A DNA stretch of 64,000 nucleotides, from assembly GCA_035293565.1 (NCBI GenBank), contig DATGMP010000092.1, positions 14,538 through 78,537 on the forward strand, written 5' to 3'. A program made the translations under genes and the position numbers. Source of the stretch: Alphaproteobacteria bacterium. GTDB taxonomy: Bacteria > Pseudomonadota > Alphaproteobacteria > BOG-932 > Roseiterribacteraceae. The notes under the pieces were generated by a model. It did no database searches, had not been told where the DNA came from, and saw nothing but the letters and a program-made list of their open reading frames with translations. How positions within the stretch are numbered: position 1 is the first letter of the stretch; each line of letters starts with the position of its first letter. Positions 9,711 to 18,380 of the stretch are shown here, piece by piece.

Positions 9711-11155
9711 GTGGCATGAAAGCGGTTGTGCTCCAATGAGAGATCGGAGCGATGATCGCTTTAGAAGGTAGGGTGCACCCCGTGATGAGTGGGTTACCGT
9801 GGGCTGTCAGACACAACGGCCCCGGAGGTGCACCCATGGCCTACGATTACCACATTGGCGTCGACTATCACAAAGCCTACAGCCACATCGTCGTTCAGGA
9901 CACGGCCGGCAAGACGCTGCGCTCGGGCCGCGTGCGGAACGACAGCCGTTCGCTCGCGGGCTTTCTGTCGCCCTACTCGGACAATGCCCATGCCGTTCTG
10001 GAGGCGACGCGCAACTGGACGGTGATGTTCGACTGGCTGGACGAGCTCTGCGAGGAGGTCGTGCTGGCGCATCCGCTGAAGGTGAAGGCGATCGCGGACG
10101 CCAAGATCAAGACGGACAAGATCGACGCGACGATCCTGGCGCATCTGCTACGGACGGACCTGATCCCGGCGGCGCATGCGCCGAGCTTGCGCGCTCGAGA
10201 GGCGCGCTCGGCGCTGCGCGAGCGGATGTTTTACGTGCGGCTGCGCACGATGGTGAAGAATCGGATCACGACTGCCTTCGACCGCTATCCTGAGCAGACT
10301 GCGGCGCTGAAGCGGTGCGGTGACCTGTTCGGAACCACCGGCAGGAAGCAGCTTGCTACCGTCGATGTCTCGGCGATCGACCGTATCCAGATCGATCGCA
10401 GCCTCGCTTTCATCGACGACATCGAGCGACGGATCGTGGAGTGCGAAGGCACGATCAAGGCGCTGTCGAAGGGCAACGTCAACGTCAAGCGACTGAAGAC
10501 GCTGCCCGGTGTGGGCGAGTTCTTCGCCCGGCTGATCGACGCCGAGATCGACGACATCGGCCGCTTCCGCTCGGCCGCCAAGCTGGCGGCCTATGCCGGT
10601 CTCGTGCCGTCGACCTATTCCTCGGGCGGCAAGACGTTCCACGGCCGGATCATCAAGCAGGGCAACAAGTGGCTGCGCTGGGCCTTCGTCGAGGCGGTGG
10701 CGCCGGCGGTCTCCTGCGACCCGGATCTGAAGGAATATTACGAGCGCTTGAAGGCGACCAAGGGCGCGAACCGCGCCAAGGTGGCCACGGCACGCAGACT
10801 TCTGACCATTGCCTTCCAGCTGTTGCGCGACGGCCGCTCCTACGAGCGGCGCGGCGCCAGGCCGGAAAGCAGGTCAACATCATCCCGGCTGTCCTGATCG
10901 CTTCCTAGCGAGCTCGGCAAGGCTGGGCTGCGCTCTCGAGGAGAATGGGAAGCCGGGGCCGAACGCCACAATGTGACCCGTCGCCGCCAGGCCCGGGCAC
11001 GGATTGGAGAATGGCTTGAAGAGCCGGGGATCAGACGCCTGATCCCTTACCGGTTAACTCGTCCCCATCGGCGTCGGTGCGGACCAGAACAACAATGAAC
11101 CCAAGGAAACCTGCCCTTCACCATAGGTGCAACACCCCCTTGAGTTCTTTCATTG
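9711..11155 (+). mobile_element. IS110/IS1111-family insertion sequence (~1.45 kb)
   Basis: A single DEDD-type transposase ORF lies between two halves of one gene. GAG occurs at both junctions (9708-9710 and 11156-11158). Sub-terminal inverted ATGAAAG/CTTTCAT sits at 9716-9722 and 11147-11153. Non-coding ends are 125 nt (left) and 258 nt (right). Confidence 0.85.
9836..10897 (+). CDS. IS110-family transposase/recombinase
   Basis: The start MAYDYHIGVDYHKAYS carries the DEDD N-terminal motif. The C-terminal domain has LPGVGEFFARLI..AKLAAYAGLVPSTYSSGGK..GNKWLRWAF. Confidence 0.9.
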   Translation: MAYDYHIGVDYHKAYSHIVVQDTAGKTLRSGRVRNDSRSLAGFLSPYSDNAHAVLEATRNWTVMFDWLDELCEEVVLAHPLKVKAIADAKIKTDKIDATILAHLLRTDLIPAAHAPSLRAREARSALRERMFYVRLRTMVKNRITTAFDRYPEQTAALKRCGDLFGTTGRKQLATVDVSAIDRIQIDRSLAFIDDIERRIVECEGTIKALSKGNVNVKRLKTLPGVGEFFARLIDAEIDDIGRFRSAAKLAAYAGLVPSTYSSGGKTFHGRIIKQGNKWLRWAFVEAVAPAVSCDPDLKEYYERLKATKGANRAKVATARRLLTIAFQLLRDGRSYERRGARPESRSTSSRLS

Positions 11156-11790
11156 GAGAGATCGATGACAAGCGGCCGATCACGTCGGAAGTGGCTGCCG
11201 GTTCCATGATGCAGAACGTGATGCCAAGCCCCGGCTTCCTCTTCGCGCTCGTAATGTCCAACGGCCAAGCCAATATCGCGGCCCTGCGACACGATTGACG
11301 CGACACGCCGGCTCCGGATCGCCTCGGTTAGGGCGGGCCAATCGGCAGGGATGTCGCGCTCGATGAGCGCAGGCACAAGCTGCCAATCTTCCTCGCGCGC
11401 CAGATTGATCGCGAGCCAGCCGTCATCGGCCAACAGAAAGCGGCAACCGCCCCCGGGCGATATGGAGCCGTTTCTCGTATAGCCGGCGATCGCGGCACGC
11501 TCGCCGAGGAGGTGCGCGCCTCTGAAATCATCAGGCAAAGGACGTCTTGTGATCGCTTCGAGGGCGAGGAGCGCACCATCGGCGGCGGAGGCGAGGGGAA
11601 TGGGACAGATGCGGGCCGGACCCTCCCTGTGTCCGGTAAGCGCCATCGCGCCGCTCTCCGCCCAGGCGAGCGCAGGATGTTGTGGCGGACGGCGCGCGGT
11701 AATGGCCGCGCCGACGCCCAAATCGGCCAGCAATGTCCGCGCATAGGCCAAGGCCAGATCTTGCTGGTCCGTGTTCCGCCAGCCGGTCAA
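11156..11790 (-). pseudogene. 5' fragment of the IS-disrupted family III CoA-transferase gene (long N-terminal extension)
   Basis: TTG start at 11790. The native reading ends at ..RPLVIDLS (codon S at 11155-11157) and then runs into IS sequence. Confidence 0.75.
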
Positions 11791-11802
11791 GGCGAACCGT
11801 CC

Positions 11803-13311
11803 TTACTCAGTCAATCGGCCCCTAAGCTCATCCCGGATGACGCGCCTGAGGACCTTCCCGAGCTCGTTGTACGGCAATTCGGCTCGAAACTCGATGACGG
11901 ATGGAACGCGGGAGGAGCGTAGGCGCTCCTTGACCCAACTCTGGAGCTCGGGCGGCGAGACCGCCGAACCCTCGCGGACGACGACGGCAGCGGCGATTCC
12001 CTCGCCCCATTCCTCGTCGGGGATCGCTACGACGGCCGCGTCGACAATGGCCTCGTGGGCGAGGAGCACGTCCTCGATCTCGCCCGGCGAGATGTTCTCG
12101 CCGCCGCGGACGATTACGTCGTCGGCCCGTCCTTCGAGAAAGAGAAAACCCTCCGCATCGAGATAGCCGCGATCGCGGGTTGCGAACCATCCGCCGGCAT
12201 CGAGCGTGCTGCCGATTTCCAGATACTCGCCGGCAACTTGCCCGCCGCGCGCGAAGACCTGTCCGGGGATGCCGGCCGGAAGCGCTTTGCCGCTCTCGTC
12301 GCGGATCTCCATTTCGATCGTGCCGATGGGCCGCCCGACCGAGCCCAGCCGCTTCCTGATTTCGGGATCGCCGCTCGACGAGGCCAGACGATGATCGTCC
12401 GGTCTCAGCATGCAGATAGTAGCGCTCGTCTCGGTCAGCCCGTACGCGTTCGTGAAGTCGACATGGGGCAGAAGCTCCATCGCCTTCTCGATGACCGAGA
12501 CCGGCATTCGGCCGCCGCCATAAGAGATTGCGCGCATCGACGAAACGTCCCAGCGGCCGGGCTCGCGCATCAGCGCGTCGAGGGTCCGGGAGATCATCGT
12601 CGGGACCATGAAGGCATGAGTCGAGCGCTCTCTCTGGCAGGTATCAAGCCACCGGAGCGGATCGAAGCTCTCCAGCATCACCATGCGCCGACCGGCATAG
12701 GTGGAACTCATGATCGCCGAGATGCCGGCGATGTGGTAAGGAGGCACGGAAACGAGGTTCGCCTCATCTTCTCCGGCCGACGCGAAGTCGATCGTGCCCA
12801 GAATATAAGCCATCAAGTTGCCGTGCCGGAGCACGGCCGCTTTGGGCTTGCCGGTCGTGCCACTGGTGAAGAGCTGGACCGCGACGCCGCGCTCCTCGTT
12901 CAGATGCGCAGGTCCCGCATTTTCTGTCGGCAGACCGTCGATGAACCGCTCGCGCTCGACGGCGGAGACTCCGTTGGCAAGCGTGAGCCGAGCCAGATTT
13001 TCGGTGCTGCCAACCAGCATCGATGGAGTCACGCGGCTTGCCAGTCCGTTCAGCTCGTCGTCGGTGAGGCGGTAATTCATGGGAACGTAAGGGACGTCGG
13101 CCAGCGCGGCGCCGAACAGAAGAATCGGCGCGGCGACACTGTTGACGTCCAGAAGAGCCGCGTGACGCGCCTCCGACCGCCGGATGAGGCTCGCGGCGCC
13201 GAGGCTCGATCGCAGCAAATCGGCATAGGTAAGTCGGCGCGCGCCGCATTGTGCCGCGACGCGCTCGGGATAGGCGTCGACCGCCATTTCCAGAAGCGTG
13301 ACGATGTTCAT
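11803..13311 (-). CDS. AMP-dependent acyl-CoA synthetase/ligase
   Basis: Start at MNIVTLLEMAV. AMP-binding motifs LFTSGTTGKPKAAV, YGLTE and RDRGYLDAEGFLFLEGRADDVI. Confidence 0.88.
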   Translation of the reverse strand: MNIVTLLEMAVDAYPERVAAQCGARRLTYADLLRSSLGAASLIRRSEARHAALLDVNSVAAPILLFGAALADVPYVPMNYRLTDDELNGLASRVTPSMLVGSTENLARLTLANGVSAVERERFIDGLPTENAGPAHLNEERGVAVQLFTSGTTGKPKAAVLRHGNLMAYILGTIDFASAGEDEANLVSVPPYHIAGISAIMSSTYAGRRMVMLESFDPLRWLDTCQRERSTHAFMVPTMISRTLDALMREPGRWDVSSMRAISYGGGRMPVSVIEKAMELLPHVDFTNAYGLTETSATICMLRPDDHRLASSSGDPEIRKRLGSVGRPIGTIEMEIRDESGKALPAGIPGQVFARGGQVAGEYLEIGSTLDAGGWFATRDRGYLDAEGFLFLEGRADDVIVRGGENISPGEIEDVLLAHEAIVDAAVVAIPDEEWGEGIAAAVVVREGSAVSPPELQSWVKERLRSSRVPSVIEFRAELPYNELGKVLRRVIRDELRGRLTE

Positions 13312-13312
13312 A

Positions 13313-13624
13313 TCAGTCGGAGGATGGCAGCGCCTTGGGTTGTTTGACCAGCAGCCTCTCGGTCCCGAGCGACAGCGATCCCTTGCCACCCTTCGTGCAC
13401 AAAAGCTCGATGCGGTCCGTCGCGTCGATGTAGCGTTTACCGATCAGCGTGCCCTCGGCCAAGGATTCATCCAGCGCGGCATCTGCGGGCGCCGGCTCGG
13501 CGGCCGGCAGCATCGGCGCCCCGCCGCAGCGCAGGTCGAGCGGCTCCGGCACCGTCCGGATCACCATGATCTGAGCCTCGCAGACGGCGCTCTTGAGCTT
13601 CGATCCAACCTTGAGAATGCTCAT
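13313..13624 (-). CDS. small hypothetical protein (103 aa), translationally coupled
   Basis: The MSILKVGSKLKSAVCEAQIMVIR.. ATG overlaps the upstream stop (ATGA at 13621-13624). Its own stop is 1 nt from the ligase ATG. I recognise no family. Confidence 0.5.
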   Translation of the reverse strand: MSILKVGSKLKSAVCEAQIMVIRTVPEPLDLRCGGAPMLPAAEPAPADAALDESLAEGTLIGKRYIDATDRIELLCTKGGKGSLSLGTERLLVKQPKALPSSD

Positions 13625-14631
13625 CCACCAACACCATCGACGATCGTTCCGGCCCACGCGGCAATACGCGCGAACAGCAACTCGCGCGAGGGAAAAATGA
13701 ATTGGCAGTGGCCAGTCTCCGGCAACACGAGCAGGGATATATCGCGGCTATTGGGAAATGTCGCCGGAATCGCGTGCGGCGACCCGGCGATGTCCTGGTC
13801 GCCAAGGCCGAGGAAGATCGGCACCGCGATCGCGTTCGCCCGGGGCCGGATACTCCCGGGGACCATCGATTGTAGCCCCGATACCGCAAGCAGCACGTCA
13901 CGCGCCGCTTTCAGCGCCTGCACGCCGTCGCGCTCGGCCATGGACCCATAGAACATGGCGCTGCCCTCGGGCGAAGGGGCGAGCTCGGGATAGGGGCTCG
14001 GATAGATCTGTCGGGCGATGTCCCCGATCCGAGCCGGAATTGTTTCCGGATGGCCGATCAGCGCGTGCGCCGGCTTGGGCAGATGTTCGATCAGCCCGTT
14101 GTTGCTGAAGCCTAAGAGGACCAGCCCGTCATGCGATGGCCAACGCGCTTGTTGGATCACGGTCAGCATGGCGCCCATCGAGTGACCGACGCCGATGCTC
14201 TCGAGTTTGGGCAGGGGCGGGAGATCGGAAATCAAACCGCCGCCCCGGAGGCCGCTCACGATTTGTCTGGTCGCGTGGGCGTTCGCTTCCGCGATCACGT
14301 CCGGCGTCAGGGCGAATCCATCCGCGGGCCGTGTGCTCTCGCCGACGCCGAGATGATCGATCGAGACCGTGATCATGCCCGCTTCGGCCATATATCGCGC
14401 GAAGCTGAAGCGCGGCTGAGCCTCGGCGCCGAGATCGTAATAGCCGCGATTGATGCTGCCGCCGGGCAGGCAGATGAAGACGATCGGAGGATCGGTGAGA
14501 CTGCCGGCGGGCCGGAAGATCTCCGCCGCGATCTTCGTTTCCGGCGTATCGGCGAGCTTTATGCCGGCATCGAGCGCCAGGGTCTGGCGCCTAATTGTGC
14601 TCCGTGCGGAAACGTCGAGCTCAGCCGTCAT
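13621..14631 (-). CDS. alpha/beta-fold hydrolase
   Basis: 336 aa with the nucleophile elbow GVGHSMGA and a C-terminal His region (ETGHCQ). ATGA overlap with the upstream CoA-transferase. Confidence 0.8.
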   Translation of the reverse strand: MTAELDVSARSTIRRQTLALDAGIKLADTPETKIAAEIFRPAGSLTDPPIVFICLPGGSINRGYYDLGAEAQPRFSFARYMAEAGMITVSIDHLGVGESTRPADGFALTPDVIAEANAHATRQIVSGLRGGGLISDLPPLPKLESIGVGHSMGAMLTVIQQARWPSHDGLVLLGFSNNGLIEHLPKPAHALIGHPETIPARIGDIARQIYPSPYPELAPSPEGSAMFYGSMAERDGVQALKAARDVLLAVSGLQSMVPGSIRPRANAIAVPIFLGLGDQDIAGSPHAIPATFPNSRDISLLVLPETGHCQFIFPSRELLFARIAAWAGTIVDGVGG

Positions 14632-17144
14632 TCAGCTGCTTCTGCCTTCCCGGCAGCAGCCTTCTGGAAGCCGGGCGCGATCGGCATCGCGGCTTCGGCG
14701 TCGGGCGACCAGATCATGATCGCCCGTTCCTTCTGGAGCGCGGCGATCTCTGCCGAGCCATAGCCGAGTTCACGCAAAATTGCCTCGGTGTATTGGCCCA
14801 CGACGAGCGGTGGTCCTTGAATGGTCGCGGGCGTTTCGGAGAAGTCGAATAGAAGTCCGATCTGATCGACCTTTCCGACATAGTGATCGGGGTAGCTCGC
14901 GACCAACCGGCGGTGGATCATTTCCGGATCATCGTGCAGGCGCGAGGCAAAGCCCGAATCGCAAATCTCACAAGGGACGCCGCCGCGGTCGAGGATGGAG
15001 AACCACTCGGCGGCGCCGCGCTTGCGGAATATGGCTTCGAGACGTCGCGACAGCGCGGCGTCATTCGCCTTGCGTGCCTCGGCTGTCCCAAAGCGTTCAT
15101 CGGCTGCCAGTTGGGCTTCGCCGATCGCGACGCACAGTTTGTCCCAATGCTCTTCGGTCGCCGCGACAATGCAGAGCCAGCCATCGGCCGTTTCGTAGAG
15201 GCGTGTCAGGGCATGGAATCCGGTTTGGGTGTGATCGGTTTTCGGCCGATCGACTCCACGCCCGTCGGGATAGGCGATGGCATAGGAGCAGTTCAGCAGT
15301 TGCGCATTGACGATCGCGGTGTCGACCATCTGGCCTTCGCCGGTACGCTCGCGGTGATAGAGCGCCTGCATGATGCCGATCGCCGAGAGGAATCCGTTTC
15401 CGGTGTCGCCGAGCGAGGTGAGCGACCAGAGCGGCTTGCCGCCGCGCCACATGCCGCCATCCTCCCATTGCACGCCGGCGAGGCAGGCTCCGGTCTGGTC
15501 GTTGCCCGGCAGCGCCTGGCGCGGACCGGTCTCGTGTCCGCGCGTGTGGCAATAGATGAGGTCCGGCTTGGCCTTCTTCAGGCTTTCATAATCGATGCCC
15601 AGCCGCTCGGCCGCGTCATAGCGCATATTGTGCTGGACCACGTCCGCGGTCTTCACGAGGTCGAGCAGCACTTTCTTCGCGCGCGGATCCTTGAGGTTCA
15701 GCGCGATGCTGCGCTTGCCCCGATTGCAGATATAGGCGATGTGATTGCGGTGCCAGTAGATGTCGTGCGGGGCGTTGACCTTGATGACGTCGGCGCCGAG
15801 GTCCGACAGAAGCTGCGTGCCGTACGGCCCGGCGACCGCAAGGCCAAGGTCCAGCACCCGCACACCCTCTAGAGGCGCTCGCAGCGCCTTGCCGGTCGGG
15901 CTGCTTGCCGCGGGTCCATCGACGATCGCGGCAGCTTCGGCCTTCACCGACGCGGTATGCTCGCCAGCCCGCGGCGCACCACCGCGAATCGCGCCGGGGC
16001 TCTTGGTCATGCGATAAGTGATGCCGACGTGGCGGATCGGCCCGAGCTCGGAATCAATCACCTCCGCGACACATCCGTCCTTCAGCATCAGCGGATCGTT
16101 GAGCGCTTCTTCGGGCGGACGCACCGCCTGGACGGTCGCGTCGGCGACCGCTGCGGCGTCCATCCATTCCTTGGCGGTGAATTTCTTCACGCGCTCGGCC
16201 AAGATCGGCTGATAGTGGGACATGACCACGAGCTCTTCAGGCCCCATGCCGAAGCGGTCAGGATCATTCTGCACCGTCAGATCCGGGCTCGAATTGATTT
16301 CGTCGCCTTCCGACGCCGTGATGATGAAGCGCGGATTAGGGACCCAATTATGGATCCACCGCCCGTCGGCGCACTCGAAATGCCCCTTCGGCGAACGCGA
16401 GCAGAGAACCCAGCTGTTGAAGAATTGCGCGTCCGGATTTTCGGCGCGCTGCCAGGCGCCGCATGCGGCTGCCATTGCGCCCTGCAGCAGCGACGTCTCG
16501 ACCCATTGCCCGCGTCCGGTGATCTCGCGCGCCCTGAGAGCGGCTGAAATGGCGGCCGATGCGGCGTAGAAAGCGCCGAGACTTGGCCAATGCGACGCCG
16601 GGAAAACAGGACCCGGTCGTGGCGGTCCTTGCACCCATTCGGGCAGGATCTCGACCTCGGCGAAGGGGTCTTCACGGTTCGCCATATGCAGCAAGGCGCC
16701 CTCGGGCCAGCCCCGCTGCTCCCAATGCAGCCCGATCCGGGCGGCGACCAGCGCGTCATAGCCCGGCCGATTCGCATGCTTACCGTCGCGGCCGTAAGCG
16801 GTGATCGAGCAATAGATCAGCCGGGGATTGAGCGCGTGCAGCGTGTCGAAATCGATGCCGAGCCGTTTCGTCACGCCGGGCGCATAGCTTTCGACCAGGA
16901 CGTCGGCATTGCGCGCGAGCTTCAGCATAACGTCCCGATCCGCAGTGTCCTTCAGATCGAGGATCGCGCTGCGCTTGCCGCGATTCCAGGCGCGGTAGCC
17001 GGACTGCACGCGGAATGGATCGCCGCCGGGCGGCTCGATCTTGGTGACCTCAGCCCCGTGATCGGCCAGCAGCATCGTCGTCATCGGGCCGGAGATGCCC
17101 CATGACAGGTCGAGGACTTTTAGGTCGTCGAGAACGCCCGGCAT
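14628..17144 (-). CDS. tandem fusion of two family III (CaiB/BaiF) CoA-transferase domains
   Basis: ATG at 17144 is preceded by AAAGGGGGG. Domain 1 has LKVLDLSWGISGP..GAEVTKIE..GYDALVAARIG. Domain 2 (from ~15884 downward) has VRVLDLGLAVAGP..GADVIKVN..GNDQTGACLAG. Confidence 0.85.
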   Translation of the reverse strand: MPGVLDDLKVLDLSWGISGPMTTMLLADHGAEVTKIEPPGGDPFRVQSGYRAWNRGKRSAILDLKDTADRDVMLKLARNADVLVESYAPGVTKRLGIDFDTLHALNPRLIYCSITAYGRDGKHANRPGYDALVAARIGLHWEQRGWPEGALLHMANREDPFAEVEILPEWVQGPPRPGPVFPASHWPSLGAFYAASAAISAALRAREITGRGQWVETSLLQGAMAAACGAWQRAENPDAQFFNSWVLCSRSPKGHFECADGRWIHNWVPNPRFIITASEGDEINSSPDLTVQNDPDRFGMGPEELVVMSHYQPILAERVKKFTAKEWMDAAAVADATVQAVRPPEEALNDPLMLKDGCVAEVIDSELGPIRHVGITYRMTKSPGAIRGGAPRAGEHTASVKAEAAAIVDGPAASSPTGKALRAPLEGVRVLDLGLAVAGPYGTQLLSDLGADVIKVNAPHDIYWHRNHIAYICNRGKRSIALNLKDPRAKKVLLDLVKTADVVQHNMRYDAAERLGIDYESLKKAKPDLIYCHTRGHETGPRQALPGNDQTGACLAGVQWEDGGMWRGGKPLWSLTSLGDTGNGFLSAIGIMQALYHRERTGEGQMVDTAIVNAQLLNCSYAIAYPDGRGVDRPKTDHTQTGFHALTRLYETADGWLCIVAATEEHWDKLCVAIGEAQLAADERFGTAEARKANDAALSRRLEAIFRKRGAAEWFSILDRGGVPCEICDSGFASRLHDDPEMIHRRLVASYPDHYVGKVDQIGLLFDFSETPATIQGPPLVVGQYTEAILRELGYGSAEIAALQKERAIMIWSPDAEAAMPIAPGFQKAAAGKAEAAE

Positions 17145-17163
17145 CGATTTCCCCCCTTTGTCG

Positions 17164-18264
17164 TCAGGCACCGAGACCGAAGGTCCGTTGCCCGTTTTCG
17201 AGCGTGATCTTGCGCTTGTCGACTTCGGGAATGCCAGCCGCCGCGAATTGCTCCTTCACCTGCTTGTGCGAGTTCGGCCAGCACGTGGCGGGATGCGGGA
17301 AGTCGGTCGACCAGTAGATGCAGTCCGGCCCGAAATAGTCATAGGCGGCTTTCAACCCGTGGGGCTCGTACATGAAGGTTGCGCCCATCTGGCGCTTGAA
17401 ATATTCGCTCGGCAACAGCTTCACATTCGGAAATTCGTAATGCTGATGCATGCGGCCGTCGAGAACGACCTCGAAGAAGAAGGGCATCCAGCCGAGGCCG
17501 GGCTCGACCAGAATGACCTTGAGCTTCGGGAAGCGCTCGAGCGTACCCGTCAGGATCCAGAAGGAAAGCGTTTCGGCCAGCGCAATGGATGGCAGGCCGG
17601 TGAAAATGCCCTTCTGCGGGGTCGGGTCGCGACGAAAAACGTCCCACAACGAGGCTTTGACCTCCAGATGGTTCAATATCGTGAGATCGGCATCCGAGAT
17701 TGCCGCCCACAGCCGGTCGTAGCGGCTGTCGTGGAAATCGGGCAGTCCGAATTCCGTCGGAAATGAGGGCAGTTGCACACAGCGCGCGCCGCGCTTCTTC
17801 ATGCGCTCCACCTCGGCGACTGCGAAATCGATATCGAAGAGCGGGATCTGATAGGCGGTGAGAAGGCGCCTCGTGTCGATCGAGGCGAAGTCCGCCATCG
17901 AATCATTGTAGCCCTTCATCATCTCCATCCAGTCGGGGCCGGCCATCGTGGGCGTGCAAAGCTTGGCGCCCCCGACCTCGGGGAAAATGACTTCGGCCTC
18001 GACTCCGTCGCGGTCCATGGCCTTCAGCTTGGCGTTCGGCTCGAAATGACCCGGGTCCTGGGCCGCGTCCATATCGACGAAGTCTTCCATCGAGAGCTGT
18101 GGCTGGCCGCGCCTAAGCTCCTGCGCCTCGTACTGGGCCAGTTTCTTGTTCGCCTCGTCCCAGCGCTCCTTGAGGCGTTGCGACAGCCGCGCCTTGACCC
18201 AATCATCCGTGAAATGAACGTGGGAGTCGCACGATACGAGACGTTCCTGAACGGCGGCCGTCAT
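17164..18264 (-). CDS. amidohydrolase_2 family protein (ACMSD/LigW-like decarboxylase or hydratase fold)
   Basis: 366 aa with the N-terminal metal motif CDSHVHF and WSTDFPH near the C-terminus. AGGAG RBS. Confidence 0.8.
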   Translation of the reverse strand: MTAAVQERLVSCDSHVHFTDDWVKARLSQRLKERWDEANKKLAQYEAQELRRGQPQLSMEDFVDMDAAQDPGHFEPNAKLKAMDRDGVEAEVIFPEVGGAKLCTPTMAGPDWMEMMKGYNDSMADFASIDTRRLLTAYQIPLFDIDFAVAEVERMKKRGARCVQLPSFPTEFGLPDFHDSRYDRLWAAISDADLTILNHLEVKASLWDVFRRDPTPQKGIFTGLPSIALAETLSFWILTGTLERFPKLKVILVEPGLGWMPFFFEVVLDGRMHQHYEFPNVKLLPSEYFKRQMGATFMYEPHGLKAAYDYFGPDCIYWSTDFPHPATCWPNSHKQVKEQFAAAGIPEVDKRKITLENGQRTFGLGA

Positions 18265-18380
18265 TCGAAGCTCCTGGGTTTCGGCATCCTTCCGCGAGGC
18301 TAGCCGGGAACCGCGGCGGGGCCTCTATTCGATGAAGACAGGCTGCCTATCATTTGAGGACAGGCCTATCATTTCAGGAC

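Noticed and set aside
9752-9835. N-terminal extension of the transposase ORF (MIALEGRVHPVMSG..).
   Set aside because: IS110-family recombinases start a few residues before the first catalytic Asp (here in IGVDYHK). The ATG at 9836 gives that geometry, so the extension most likely belongs to the non-coding left end.
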